Of a stretch of DNA of 58,195 nt, positions 1-7,866 are shown piece after piece; position 1 is the first letter of the stretch; each line of letters starts with the position of its first letter. The stretch lies in IMG/VR virus record IMGVR_UViG_3300032116_000229, positions 1 through 58,195 of that record; one strand, 5' to 3'. The notes under the pieces were generated by a model. The model searched no databases, was not told the DNA's origin, and worked only from the letters and a program-made list of their open reading frames with translations. The translations under genes and the position numbers were made by a program. This DNA comes from a virus (Duplodnaviria > Caudoviricetes).

Positions 1-60
1 GAACTACCATCTTTGCTATTGTCTTTGCTATCTCGAGCTCCATGGCAGTGCGTTTTTCAG

Positions 61-84
61 AAAAGCGGGTCGTTGGACCCGCTT
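61..84 (-). terminator. Rho-independent terminator after ORF 92-391
   Basis: 9-bp stem AAGCGGGTC/GACCCGCTT with 4-nt loop; T-run follows on the minus strand. Confidence 0.7.
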
Positions 85-91
85 CCCTGAC

Positions 92-391
92 TCAAAAGTG
101 ATTGTTGGACGTGACGAAGTGTGCAATCGCGCCCATCAACTCGCCGCGCGTCTTGAATGTCTCACGACGGACGTGCGAGAACTGCTCAAATAGGCTTTCT
201 TCGCCGTTCATGTACGAGATGTTGAAGAAAGTGTCCAAGTCCTCGCATTCGGGCTTGCGTCCGTAGATGTCGAGGTGGTACTCGAGTCCGTCGAGTGACG
301 CGTCCAACGCCCACTTTCCCTGCTTCACGAACAGGGTGAGTCCGTCGTGAATGACACCCTCTTCGGGGTCCATGTAGTGCTGCTCTGACAT
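92..391 (-). CDS. hypothetical early protein, 99 aa
   Basis: AGGAG RBS upstream of ATG; terminator downstream. Confidence 0.75.
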   Translation of the reverse strand: MSEQHYMDPEEGVIHDGLTLFVKQGKWALDASLDGLEYHLDIYGRKPECEDLDTFFNISYMNGEESLFEQFSHVRRETFKTRGELMGAIAHFVTSNNHF

Positions 392-494
392 TTGATTGCT
401 CCTATGTGAGTGAGTGAATCGACGCGAGAATGATTACACGCGACGAAGCCCTGTGCGCTGGCAACTTGTAGGCAGTTTGTATTGTGAGTGGCGA

Positions 495-523
495 CCATGG
501 CGGGCTCCATGGAATTACCATGG
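495..523. repeat. three phased CCATGG hexamers including CCATGGAATTACCATGG
   Basis: CCATGG at 495, 507, 518; same 17-mer as the 1.7-kb array. Confidence 0.85.
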
Positions 524-538
524 CAACCTAGCCCAACA

Positions 539-560
539 GAAAAGGGCACCAACGGTGCCC
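539..560 (-). terminator. Rho-independent terminator
   Basis: GGGCACC-aac-GGTGCCC stem followed by TTTTCT on the minus strand. Confidence 0.65.
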
Positions 561-571
561 CTTCTGAGTGG

Positions 572-643
572 TCAGACGAACCAGTGAGTGACCAGGATGG
601 CCCCAAACAGCATCCCACCAACAAACAGCGCAAACTCTTTCAT
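572..643 (-). CDS. small hydrophobic peptide, 23 aa (MKEFALFVGGMLFGAILVTHWFV)
   Basis: GAGGG RBS before internal ATG; single TM-like stretch; terminator follows. Confidence 0.5.
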   Translation of the reverse strand: MKEFALFVGGMLFGAILVTHWFV

Positions 644-654
644 GGTGTCCCTCG

Positions 655-921
655 TTAGAAAGGATTGAGAAGGCCGAGCCGTTGTTCCAGCTCGTCCACT
701 TGTCGCTTGAGCCGCCCGTTCTCCAGCGTCAGTCGCAACGCTTGGTTCATGTAGCGGTGCATACGCTCCTCGCAATGCTTGAGCGCGGCGGTGTTGAGAC
801 TGTTGGCTTTGATGCCCTCGTCCACCACCGTGCCCAACTGCAACAGGAACAGTTCCTGCTCTGTGGGCTCCATCTCCTTCAGCGGGTGCTTCTTCAGCAG
901 CTCGGCGAAAGTCATTTCCAT
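655..921 (-). CDS. hypothetical coiled-coil protein
   Basis: GGGAG RBS; heptad-like C-terminus. Confidence 0.7.
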   Translation of the reverse strand: MEMTFAELLKKHPLKEMEPTEQELFLLQLGTVVDEGIKANSLNTAALKHCEERMHRYMNQALRLTLENGRLKRQVDELEQRLGLLNPF

Positions 922-1022
922 GTGTTGTTCTCCCGTAGGTTGTGACTCATCAATCGACGGGGATATAGTCTACCCGTGACTTACGGATTGCAACGCAATC
1001 CACCCAGCTGCCTACTGACTAC

Positions 1023-1364
1023 CTAGCGAATCTTGCGGCCCAGGGTGGTCAGGTCAGCCTCCTCCGTGATGTATTGCACGGCGCCCTTGTTGAACTGCGG
1101 TGCTAATCGCTTGGATTTGGCAATAATGGCGTCCTGCACCGCTTGGGACTCTTTTGCCAACTGTACCGGGTCCATGACTGACCGCCGTGCCGGCACAAAC
1201 GGCTCGTTGGTTATCAGCGACGGAATGTTGCGGGTGGAGTCCTCGCGCTGAAAACGCGGTGGCGGCACATAAGTGCCCGTGCTCACCACCCGGACCTTAC
1301 GGGCCACCACCGCGTGCTTTTTCTTCTTGCGGCGGCTCTTGGGAACTGCCGTGTAGACGAGCAT
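1023..1364 (-). CDS. basic hypothetical phage protein (LAPQFNKGAVQYI motif)
   Basis: GAGGAG RBS before ATG 1364; C-terminal motif resembles conserved phage hypotheticals (recall). Confidence 0.7.
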   Translation of the reverse strand: MLVYTAVPKSRRKKKKHAVVARKVRVVSTGTYVPPPRFQREDSTRNIPSLITNEPFVPARRSVMDPVQLAKESQAVQDAIIAKSKRLAPQFNKGAVQYITEEADLTTLGRKIR

Positions 1365-1366
1365 GG

Positions 1367-1570
1367 TTACTCCTCGTCCTCCCACTCCTTGTCGTCGAAC
1401 GGGAAATCCGCTTCCCGAAGAGCATCCACCGCAGCTTCCGCAGGTATCACATCGCTGTCGTACCACCCGCGATAGTCCACATCGGGCAAGTCATCGCAGG
1501 TCAGGCCACAGATAGCCACGACCCTCTTGTTGACTTCGCGCATCCAGGCATCAAAAGACAGGCTCGACAT
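1367..1570 (-). CDS. small acidic hypothetical protein
   Basis: GGGAG RBS; first gene after promoter 1615-1643. Confidence 0.7.
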   Translation of the reverse strand: MSSLSFDAWMREVNKRVVAICGLTCDDLPDVDYRGWYDSDVIPAEAAVDALREADFPFDDKEWEDEE

Positions 1571-1614
1571 ACGCCTACTCCCATGTAACTCCACAGTCAT
1601 CTGACTGCCCTGAC

Positions 1615-1643
1615 AGCATAAGCGTGGCTATACCCTCCAGCAA
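1615..1643 (-). promoter_or_regulatory. sigma70-like early promoter
   Basis: TTGCTG-17 bp-TATGCT; resembles promoters at 9640 and 9991. Confidence 0.6.
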
Positions 1644-1700
1644 GGGCATAGCATTGGTAATTGCTAGGCAGTTAGTAGGCTACGCCGATAGTAGGCGGGT

Positions 1701-1815
1701 CCATGGCTGGCTCCATGGAATTACCATGGCGGGGTCCATGGCTGGCTCCATGGAATTACCATGGTCAGTCAATCCATGGAATTACCATGGCACCACTTTC
1801 CATCCCACCCCATGG
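1701..1815. repeat. helically phased CCATGG array
   Basis: CCATGG at 1701, 1713, 1724, 1736, 1748, 1759, 1774, 1785, 1810; 29-bp unit duplicated at 1701 and 1736. Confidence 0.9.
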
Positions 1816-1958
1816 CAATGGCTTTTCCACCTAGTATTCAGTCCGCCTTATGCCAATTGGACAGCAATAGGCCGTGTTGTTATTGGTAGATGTATATAAC
1901 AAGCCAACTTTCCAAAATCCGTCAGACTTTCAAAATTGCCATGGCCCAGTCAACAGCC

Positions 1959-1991
1959 AAAAAACTCCCCACTGGACTGACCAACAGGGAG
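1959..1991 (-). terminator. Rho-independent terminator closing the putative ncRNA
   Basis: minus strand CTCCCTGTTGG-tcagt-CCAGTGGGGAG-TTTTTT (stem with G-U pairs, then U6). Confidence 0.7.
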
Positions 1992-2262
1992 AAACGGCTT
2001 CCTAAGGGAAAACGGCAGAATTAAGGGAATCAGGCGCTTAAGCCCAATTCAGACTCGGCTGCGGTGATGCACAGAGTGAGTCACCAACTCTGAGGGATTC
2101 ATCACCGCAGCCGTCAGTCTACGACAGGCCCCATTTATCTCCACTTAGGGAGGGGGCGGACCGCCGTCTCTTAACCAGCAAAGACCAGAAGGGATGGGGT
2201 TTCTGGTAGCGGCCAGGGGTCTAGGAGCAATCTATTACCCGGCCTCCTTTGCTTGTCTCGAT
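1959..2262 (-). ncRNA. putative ~300-nt structured non-coding RNA of unknown class
   Basis: bounded by a promoter and a terminator; no credible ORF; nested stems including a perfect 14-bp helix 2056-2069/2100-2113; G-U pairs favour the minus strand. Confidence 0.6.
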
Positions 2263-2268
2263 GTTGAT

Positions 2269-2297
2269 AATTTAAACACCCCAGAACTGGATGTCTA
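2269..2297 (-). promoter_or_regulatory. sigma70-like promoter of the putative ncRNA
   Basis: TAGACA (2297-2292)-17 bp-TAAATT (2274-2269). Confidence 0.6.
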
Positions 2298-2489
2298 TCG
2301 GTAGTTGATTGGCAGATTTCAGAAAAACGACCATGGAAGCCATGAAAAATTTTAAAACTACACTACTTTCCATGGTGCACATTACCTGGCCTAACTTTTA
2401 TGGACTGGTGGGTTGGGAATAGCATGGTAAAAGACAAGTGGTGATGGATTTGAGGAGAAGTGGGTGGAATCGGCCAGTCCGGCGACTTT

Positions 2490-2660
2490 CTTTACCAAGT
2501 CTTAATTGCTTACCAACGCTTCTACTCTCTTTACCAGCCCTCTAACTACTCCTACCCCACCTACTCTGTTCTATCTACCTATCTCTTACTGTCTATGGGT
2601 GGTCTTAACCTTGTACCTATCTCTTACTGGGTGACCTATCTACTCCCTTACCGTGGTCAT
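2490..2660. repeat. C/T-rich strand-skewed tract with a 16-bp direct repeat
   Basis: TACCTATCTCTTACTG at 2576-2591 and 2614-2629; G-poor plus strand. Confidence 0.7.
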
Positions 2661-3037
2661 CTTGCTGGTTTGCTACTGCTGGTGAAGTGCAATTTGTTAC
2701 CTTGGTGTTCCCTGCTTATTGCTTTGGCGTTAACTTGAATCTGGTGCTTTGGGTTGCTTGGAACTCGCTTTGATTCCTGCATTTTGAAAAGATGGAAATT
2801 ACCAACTCGGGCTTTGATTGGCTTGAATAACAATCTTGGAAAACCCTGCTGATTGGCTCATTCGATTGGCAGTGAAAGACTGTCCTTATACTTGACTGTC
2901 ATGGTGCTTGTTTCTTACCTATCTAGATGCTGCGCTTGTAGCCACGGCTTAAGTTGACTTTTGGTAATAGGCTGATACTAGAAGGCTTTTAGGCATTTCT
3001 ATAAGATGCTTTGGCGATTTTGGTACGGGCTTATTAG

Positions 3038-3113
3038 AAGCCCGGTGGGGCTAGGTGTGGGGTGGGGCGCGGGTAGGGTAGCGGGGGCTGCTACACCTAG
3101 TCACCTGGGGCTT
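3038..3113 (+). other. imperfect hairpin enclosing a G-quadruplex-capable loop
   Basis: CTAGGTGTGG (3051-3060)/CTACACCTAG (3091-3100) arms around multiple GGG+ tracts; G-tracts continue to ~3190. Confidence 0.55.
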
Positions 3114-3229
3114 TAGCGTGCGTTTGGGGCGTTGGTGCGTGGGTGGGTTTGGGGTTGGGTACGGGTGCGTTGGAGGGGTGGGTTATGGGCGTTCCATGGC
3201 GTTGTTGTGGGCGATATTGGCGGGCGGGT

Positions 3230-3580
3230 TTAGGAGTCCGCCAACTTGAGCAGCCGGTCGATTCTGTAGGTCAGACGGACCGCTTCGTCATCTCCGCCTG
3301 CTGCCGTTTCAGCAATCCCGGACATATAGTCCCTGGCGTCTCTTAGGGCGGCGAGAAGATGCGGCACTAGCATTTGCTTGGCTTGTTTATCGGCGATTGC
3401 CTCAAGCGTTTCTTGGTCGAAACTGGAAAGGTCGCCGTGGGCCAGGGCGAGGCCTTCCGCGATGCAGCCGATTGCCTCTTCTTGATTGGCATCCAGATTT
3501 TCGGGGTCTAGGCCGTCGAGTAGGTCGTAGACATCCTCGAGGATTGTGGCGATTCGATCCAGGCGTTGTTCTTGGTCCAT
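3230..3580 (-). CDS. hypothetical protein
   Basis: AAGGA RBS; 116-aa ORF ending the early operon. Confidence 0.75.
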   Translation of the reverse strand: MDQEQRLDRIATILEDVYDLLDGLDPENLDANQEEAIGCIAEGLALAHGDLSSFDQETLEAIADKQAKQMLVPHLLAALRDARDYMSGIAETAAGGDDEAVRLTYRIDRLLKLADS

Positions 3581-3593
3581 GTTTGCACTTCCT

Positions 3594-3716
3594 TTATGGG
3601 ATGCCCCGACGACTGGCGATACCTACTGTTTCGTAGGCGAGCCAAATGATGAGCGCCGCCCAAAGCAGTTGGACGAAGCCAATGATGTAGTTGAGTTGGC
3701 GGTCAGAGAGGTTCAT
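3594..3716 (-). CDS. 40-aa membrane peptide (not in ORF track)
   Basis: MNLSDRQLNYIIGFVQLLWAALIIWLAYETVGIASRRGIP; fills an operon gap. Confidence 0.55.
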   Translation of the reverse strand: MNLSDRQLNYIIGFVQLLWAALIIWLAYETVGIASRRGIP

Positions 3717-3876
3717 TGGCTGTCTCGGATGTGGCGCAGGCTGAACAGTAATAGTCCTTGAATGGCTCGCCCGTTAAGTCGGCGAGACACTCGACCTCTG
3801 GCGTTAACTTGCCGCAGCCGATGCAGACAAGACGGACCTGATGGTCAAGATAGCGTTGGACGGGGACGAGGTTCAT
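3703..3876 (-). CDS. 57-aa Zn-ribbon protein (not in ORF track)
   Basis: CIGC...CSAC; ATGA overlap with the upstream ORF; GAGG RBS. Confidence 0.65.
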   Translation of the reverse strand: MNLVPVQRYLDHQVRLVCIGCGKLTPEVECLADLTGEPFKDYYCSACATSETANEPL

Positions 3877-4265
3877 TGGCTGTCCTCATTGCGGTCTAGG
3901 TTTGCAAGGTCCGCCAGGCCTTTTTGGAAGCCCTGCTGATAGGCTTCTTGAAGTTCTGGATGCAAGGCGGCGGGGTTGTTTGGATTAGGCGTTCGCCCGT
4001 CGTAGTAACCCCTGGCGTAGCAGTAGGTCAGCTCCGCGCTAGAGATATCGTCGGCTGGGTTGGTGGGTACAACGCGGTAGTCCGTGATGTACCCACCACT
4101 CTTGCTTCTGCCAAAGCCGTGTCGTTCAGCCGTCTCTTGTAATCGCCTGGCCTCGTCTTTCGCCTCTTTGAGCGTGGCGAAAGATTTAAGCGGCTCCCAC
4201 CGATTAAGTTTCGTGTTAGCGAACCATAGGTGGCGTTCGACAGCGAATGGCGCGCTAGTCCTCAT
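3873..4265 (-). CDS. hypothetical protein
   Basis: start reassigned to MRTSAP, overlapping the end of the upstream gene; YARGYYDG and YQQGFQKG motifs. Confidence 0.7.
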   Translation of the reverse strand: MRTSAPFAVERHLWFANTKLNRWEPLKSFATLKEAKDEARRLQETAERHGFGRSKSGGYITDYRVVPTNPADDISSAELTYCYARGYYDGRTPNPNNPAALHPELQEAYQQGFQKGLADLANLDRNEDSQ

Positions 4266-4554
4266 CGCGATTGTTCCAAGGGTTGTCTGACAGGTCGATG
4301 GGGGCGTCCATCCACTCGTCGATGGCGGCCTCCAAGTCGGTGCCCTCGTGGACCCAGAGAACATCGGCGCCTGGATAGGCATTTCGACATTGCTCTGCCG
4401 CGTGGTCGAGACTGTCCGCCTGGCATGGGAAGCCTTCAATGTCTGGGCCTTCATTGATGAGGCGGAGAATGTCTATGGTGTTGAGACCCTTGCCAAAGAG
4501 GTCTGCCGTGTTTTCGTCCGAGGGCTGATAGAGCACCATGTAGTGACGCATCAC
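4255..4554 (-). CDS. hypothetical protein
   Basis: 4-nt overlap with the upstream gene; acidic phage-like ORF. Confidence 0.7.
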   Translation of the reverse strand: MMRHYMVLYQPSDENTADLFGKGLNTIDILRLINEGPDIEGFPCQADSLDHAAEQCRNAYPGADVLWVHEGTDLEAAIDEWMDAPIDLSDNPWNNRDED

Positions 4555-5000
4555 TTGCCCGCCTTCGATTCGTTCGCCTCAAGAATCTTGGCGATTTCGT
4601 CTGCACAGCGAGCGGAGTCGCCGCTGAGAATTCCATTTTCGACGATGGCGATGGCCTTCTTTACGATAGGCAAGTCAGACTCCAGACACCAAATTGTGGT
4701 GCGCGAAAGCGGCGTTCGAAAATCAGCCCTACGCGGACGATGTGGCACCTTGAGCGCCATGTCCTTTTTGAGCCGCGCGACGCTTGCTGTCGGATGCAAG
4801 TCAAAACCTATCGATCCGCCTTCGTGAAGGCGAAATGTGCAGGTGATTTTGTATTTCGACAGGATTTCGGGACTGATGACGACCGATGAGGCGGGTCGCT
4901 CGTGGTACTCGTCCATTGCCTTTGCGGCACGACGGTCCGCCCATTCGTGTATGCGACCGACAAGAATCTTGACGGAGATGTTGGAAATTTTCTTGGACAT
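4551..5000 (-). CDS. hypothetical protein
   Basis: in tight minus-strand operon. Confidence 0.7.
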   Translation of the reverse strand: MSKKISNISVKILVGRIHEWADRRAAKAMDEYHERPASSVVISPEILSKYKITCTFRLHEGGSIGFDLHPTASVARLKKDMALKVPHRPRRADFRTPLSRTTIWCLESDLPIVKKAIAIVENGILSGDSARCADEIAKILEANESKAGK

Positions 5001-5025
5001 TGGCTTCCCCTGTGTTGGTGAGTTG

Positions 5026-5331
5026 TTACTCGGCGGTCGACTTTTCGTTTGCGGCGAGCGCCATCATCGTGAGTATCTGGAACGCGCCCATCCTGGCAAG
5101 ACACTGCCGAATCTCCCGCGCCAGGCCATTGCATTGCGCCTTCGACAGCGTGGCGTCAGGCTTCTCCAGGTTCATCGCGATGATGGCGAGCATATCGGCG
5201 GCCTGAAAAAGACTTTCAGCCATGAAGTGCGCGTTGGAGATGAGGTTACGCTGCCCTTCGAGCGGCAAAGCCTCATCGGGTTGCTTGGCGAGATTTTCCA
5301 GGACCGGGGTCCATATCGGGTTAAGAGTCAT
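5026..5331 (-). CDS. hypothetical protein
   Basis: GAGGA RBS; operon position. Confidence 0.7.
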   Translation of the reverse strand: MTLNPIWTPVLENLAKQPDEALPLEGQRNLISNAHFMAESLFQAADMLAIIAMNLEKPDATLSKAQCNGLAREIRQCLARMGAFQILTMMALAANEKSTAE

Positions 5332-5345
5332 TGGTGCTTCCTCTG

Positions 5346-5606
5346 TTAAGGGTGAACTTTGTTGGTTTCATCGTGGTCCAGGACGACCACATCGTGTGCG
5401 TCTTGGCGGGCAAGAACGACGACTTGGCGGCTGTCCTTCGTGGGCGTATCCATCAGCGCGCCAGCGAAGCGTCGTACCAACGCATCGAAGTCGGCTGGGG
5501 CAAGGCGCTCCAAGTTGTTGTTGAATGCGCCAACAATCTCAAAGGCGCCATTCGCGTCAATCCAACCTACTGAGTAGGATGGAATCGGACGATGGTCTCG
5601 CGACAT
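5346..5606 (-). CDS. hypothetical protein
   Basis: start reassigned to MSRDHR downstream of GAGGAG. Confidence 0.6.
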   Translation of the reverse strand: MSRDHRPIPSYSVGWIDANGAFEIVGAFNNNLERLAPADFDALVRRFAGALMDTPTKDSRQVVVLARQDAHDVVVLDHDETNKVHP

Positions 5607-5625
5607 ATCCATGCGGCTTGCTCCT

Positions 5626-5778
5626 CTAGCCCTGCTTGGCGACGCGCCAGAAATACTGTTCCTGGCGATGACGCTTATCCACGACGCACAACGGATCCGG
5701 TTCCACGCCGACATACATCGGCAGCTGGTCTTGGCGCCGGAAAAGTCGACGCCACAGATTCTTGATGGACTTGAACAT
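5626..5778 (-). CDS. small hypothetical protein (MFKSIKNLW...)
   Basis: GGAGG RBS before ATG 5778. Confidence 0.6.
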   Translation of the reverse strand: MFKSIKNLWRRLFRRQDQLPMYVGVEPDPLCVVDKRHRQEQYFWRVAKQG

Positions 5779-5806
5779 TGCGTGACCCTCCGTCACTGGT
5801 GACTGA

Positions 5807-6307
5807 TTAATCAATGGTGAAACCTTCAGACTCGCGGAGAAAGTCGACGAACTCCTCGACATTCTCTGCGGAGAACGGGTACTGCGAGGCGATGTCTGGA
5901 ACGGTGCCAACACCGTCGCAGCCGTTGCACCAGCCAACCTGTCCTGCGCGTGGGTGTCCAGGCGGGTCCGATGGGATGATTTTGGTGGTTTGCCCCATCT
6001 GCATTCCAATGCCGTCTGAACGCACGCCACTCCCGCCGCAGATTTCACAGAGGCGACGGGGCAGAGCCGCTTGCCAAGCCTCGTATCTGATTTGGTACTC
6101 AACGGTTCGGCCGCTGTCGAGTTCCGCCTTAAGCAGATTCGCCAACTTGACTGAATCTTCCGCGTTCAGCCCTTCGCCGTCGTTGTAGTGCCAACCCTGT
6201 GTCACCATGTCGGGCGCGACCGTCTTGACATACTCTGCCAAGGGGCGCCACCACCAGACATTGTTGCGGAAGTAATTGCCGGAATTGCCGTGTACATCCA
6301 TTCCCAT
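5807..6307 (-). CDS. conserved phage protein with DnaJ-type CxxCxGxG Zn motifs
   Basis: YFRNNVWWWRPL motif; CEICGGSG and CNGCDGVG. Confidence 0.8.
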   Translation of the reverse strand: MGMDVHGNSGNYFRNNVWWWRPLAEYVKTVAPDMVTQGWHYNDGEGLNAEDSVKLANLLKAELDSGRTVEYQIRYEAWQAALPRRLCEICGGSGVRSDGIGMQMGQTTKIIPSDPPGHPRAGQVGWCNGCDGVGTVPDIASQYPFSAENVEEFVDFLRESEGFTID

Positions 6308-6318
6308 GATGATTCTCC

Positions 6319-6609
6319 TCAGGAACTTGCGTAGCCAAAGAACAGATACGAGCCTTCACCTAACTTGATGCAGCCCGCTGGACCCCACTTGTCGGAAACG
6401 CGGTCGTCGTCGTCGTCCAGCAGTTGCTCGGCAAACTCTTTCGGGTCTTGGCCGGGCGGAACTGGAATCAGAACATAGGAGTTCTTCTCGGCGATGCTAC
6501 CTGTGTAGCCCCTGCGGCCGTAGTAGTCCTCCGCGTCTCTAATCGCCTTGTTGAAGGCGTCCTTCGGGTTGTCGCCTTTGACGACGACAAAAAAGTTTTC
6601 GGCACCCAT
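6319..6609 (-). CDS. conserved phage hypothetical protein
   Basis: GYTGSIAEK, DKWGPAGCI and YLFFGYASS motifs; AGGAG RBS. Confidence 0.8.
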   Translation of the reverse strand: MGAENFFVVVKGDNPKDAFNKAIRDAEDYYGRRGYTGSIAEKNSYVLIPVPPGQDPKEFAEQLLDDDDDRVSDKWGPAGCIKLGEGSYLFFGYASS

Positions 6610-6619
6610 GATGTTGCTC

Positions 6620-7114
6620 CTATGAAATGTGGGCCTTGTAAAGTTCCAGAGCCTTGCTGCGCTCAAGTCCGTTCAAGACTTGAACGGCATCGGGCAGCAG
6701 GGTTGGATTCTTGATGTAGTGGTCGCGCTCAGACACGGTCAGTTTCCGCGTCTGCATTAACTGACCCGACCTACTGATGAACAGAACGCGCTCGGTCATC
6801 GCCTTCGTCATGTCGCCTTCGAGCAGCCAGTGCCGCAGCGCATTGTCGATGAGGATGTCGGCAGACTGCTTGAGTTCCGCCTTGCCCGATTTCGTGGTCG
6901 GGTCGGGCCAGTCACAGATGACTGGCGGGAGCGTTGCGCCATATGCGTCAAGCGCCACCTCTAACGAGTGCGGCTCGTACCCGTTGGGTCCGCCCGTGCC
7001 CTCGTTCCAGACCTGCCCCATGCGTTTGCCGTTGATGTAGACCGACGCCTGAAAGCACTCGGTCTCTTGGCTGGCCCACTTGGACCACCGAACATTTTTC
7101 AATTCAATCCGCAC
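6620..7114 (-). CDS. conserved phage hypothetical protein
   Basis: SQETECFQASVYINGK...NEGTGG motif; AAGGAG RBS, GTG start. Confidence 0.8.
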   Translation of the reverse strand: MRIELKNVRWSKWASQETECFQASVYINGKRMGQVWNEGTGGPNGYEPHSLEVALDAYGATLPPVICDWPDPTTKSGKAELKQSADILIDNALRHWLLEGDMTKAMTERVLFISRSGQLMQTRKLTVSERDHYIKNPTLLPDAVQVLNGLERSKALELYKAHIS

Positions 7115-7186
7115 TTGTGACTCCTTAGTTAGCAGGGTCGGCCCCTGCGAGTCATTAAGTTATCAACGCGCACATATGGATAAAAG

Positions 7187-7582
7187 TCATTCCGATGAAC
7201 TACCTAGTGACTGCCTATCTTTTGATTCGACACGCTCGGCAGGGCCGGTTGGATTGCCGTTGATATCAATAGGAGTTCGCAGCCAGTAGGAGCGGCACTC
7301 AGGATTGTTAGGCTCGAGCGGCTTTGTTAGGCCCTGCCGCAGCGACTTCAGAACGCCATGGTCTGGACACTCGAAGTGCCAACTCCATGTGTACGGGTCT
7401 TTGGCGTGCTCCGCTGCGCGCTTTTCTTGGACGCGCTTGTAGATTCGCCAAAATCGCTGATTGGCTTGCTCGGGCGTTAAAGACGGCGGTGGCTGATAGA
7501 TTTCAACTGGCTCGATTAAATCGACCGCCATGGCAACTGTTGTAGTTGCCAAGACCAGAAGAACTGGGATGGCGCGCCTCAT
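7187..7582 (-). CDS. putative exported protein
   Basis: N-terminal signal-peptide-like MRRAIPVLLVLATTTVAMA. Confidence 0.65.
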   Translation of the reverse strand: MRRAIPVLLVLATTTVAMAVDLIEPVEIYQPPPSLTPEQANQRFWRIYKRVQEKRAAEHAKDPYTWSWHFECPDHGVLKSLRQGLTKPLEPNNPECRSYWLRTPIDINGNPTGPAERVESKDRQSLGSSSE

Positions 7583-7645
7583 TTCATATCCTCTTCCTTT
7601 CGACGGTTTTGCCGCAGAAGTAGCACGGCCCTGGATATCGGTTTC

Positions 7646-7861
7646 TCATGGCTCGTATTCTCTTGTGCCGTTGGCCGCCTCAATCAGCGCGATTGCCAAT
7701 TCCAGCGTCTGCTCTCGCGTGAGAGAGGCGTAGTCGCCAATAGAGTTGGCGACGCGCGGTGGCGAAAGTTGGACGCACACACCGTTCGCGACGCCACCCC
7801 AATATCGGGTCAGCCCTACCTTGCCGTTTAGCACATTGACGCCTTTTAATTCGTTGGCCAT
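7646..7861 (-). CDS. hypothetical protein
   Basis: GGAG RBS; LTRYWGGVANGVCVQL motif. Confidence 0.7.
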   Translation of the reverse strand: MANELKGVNVLNGKVGLTRYWGGVANGVCVQLSPPRVANSIGDYASLTREQTLELAIALIEAANGTREYEP

Positions 7862-7866
7862 AACGA

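Noticed and set aside
1701-1815. CRISPR array
   Set aside because: Repeats are 6-17 bp with 5-9 bp gaps, no unique ~30-bp spacers and no cas genes
2171-2232. 19-codon TTG ORF after AAAGGAGG within the ncRNA candidate
   Set aside because: RBS-start spacing is long (~12 nt) and both lie in predicted stems; not excluded but unsupported
2460-2738. 92-aa plus-strand ORF
   Set aside because: Product of low-complexity C/T-rich DNA, opposite to the genome's coding strand
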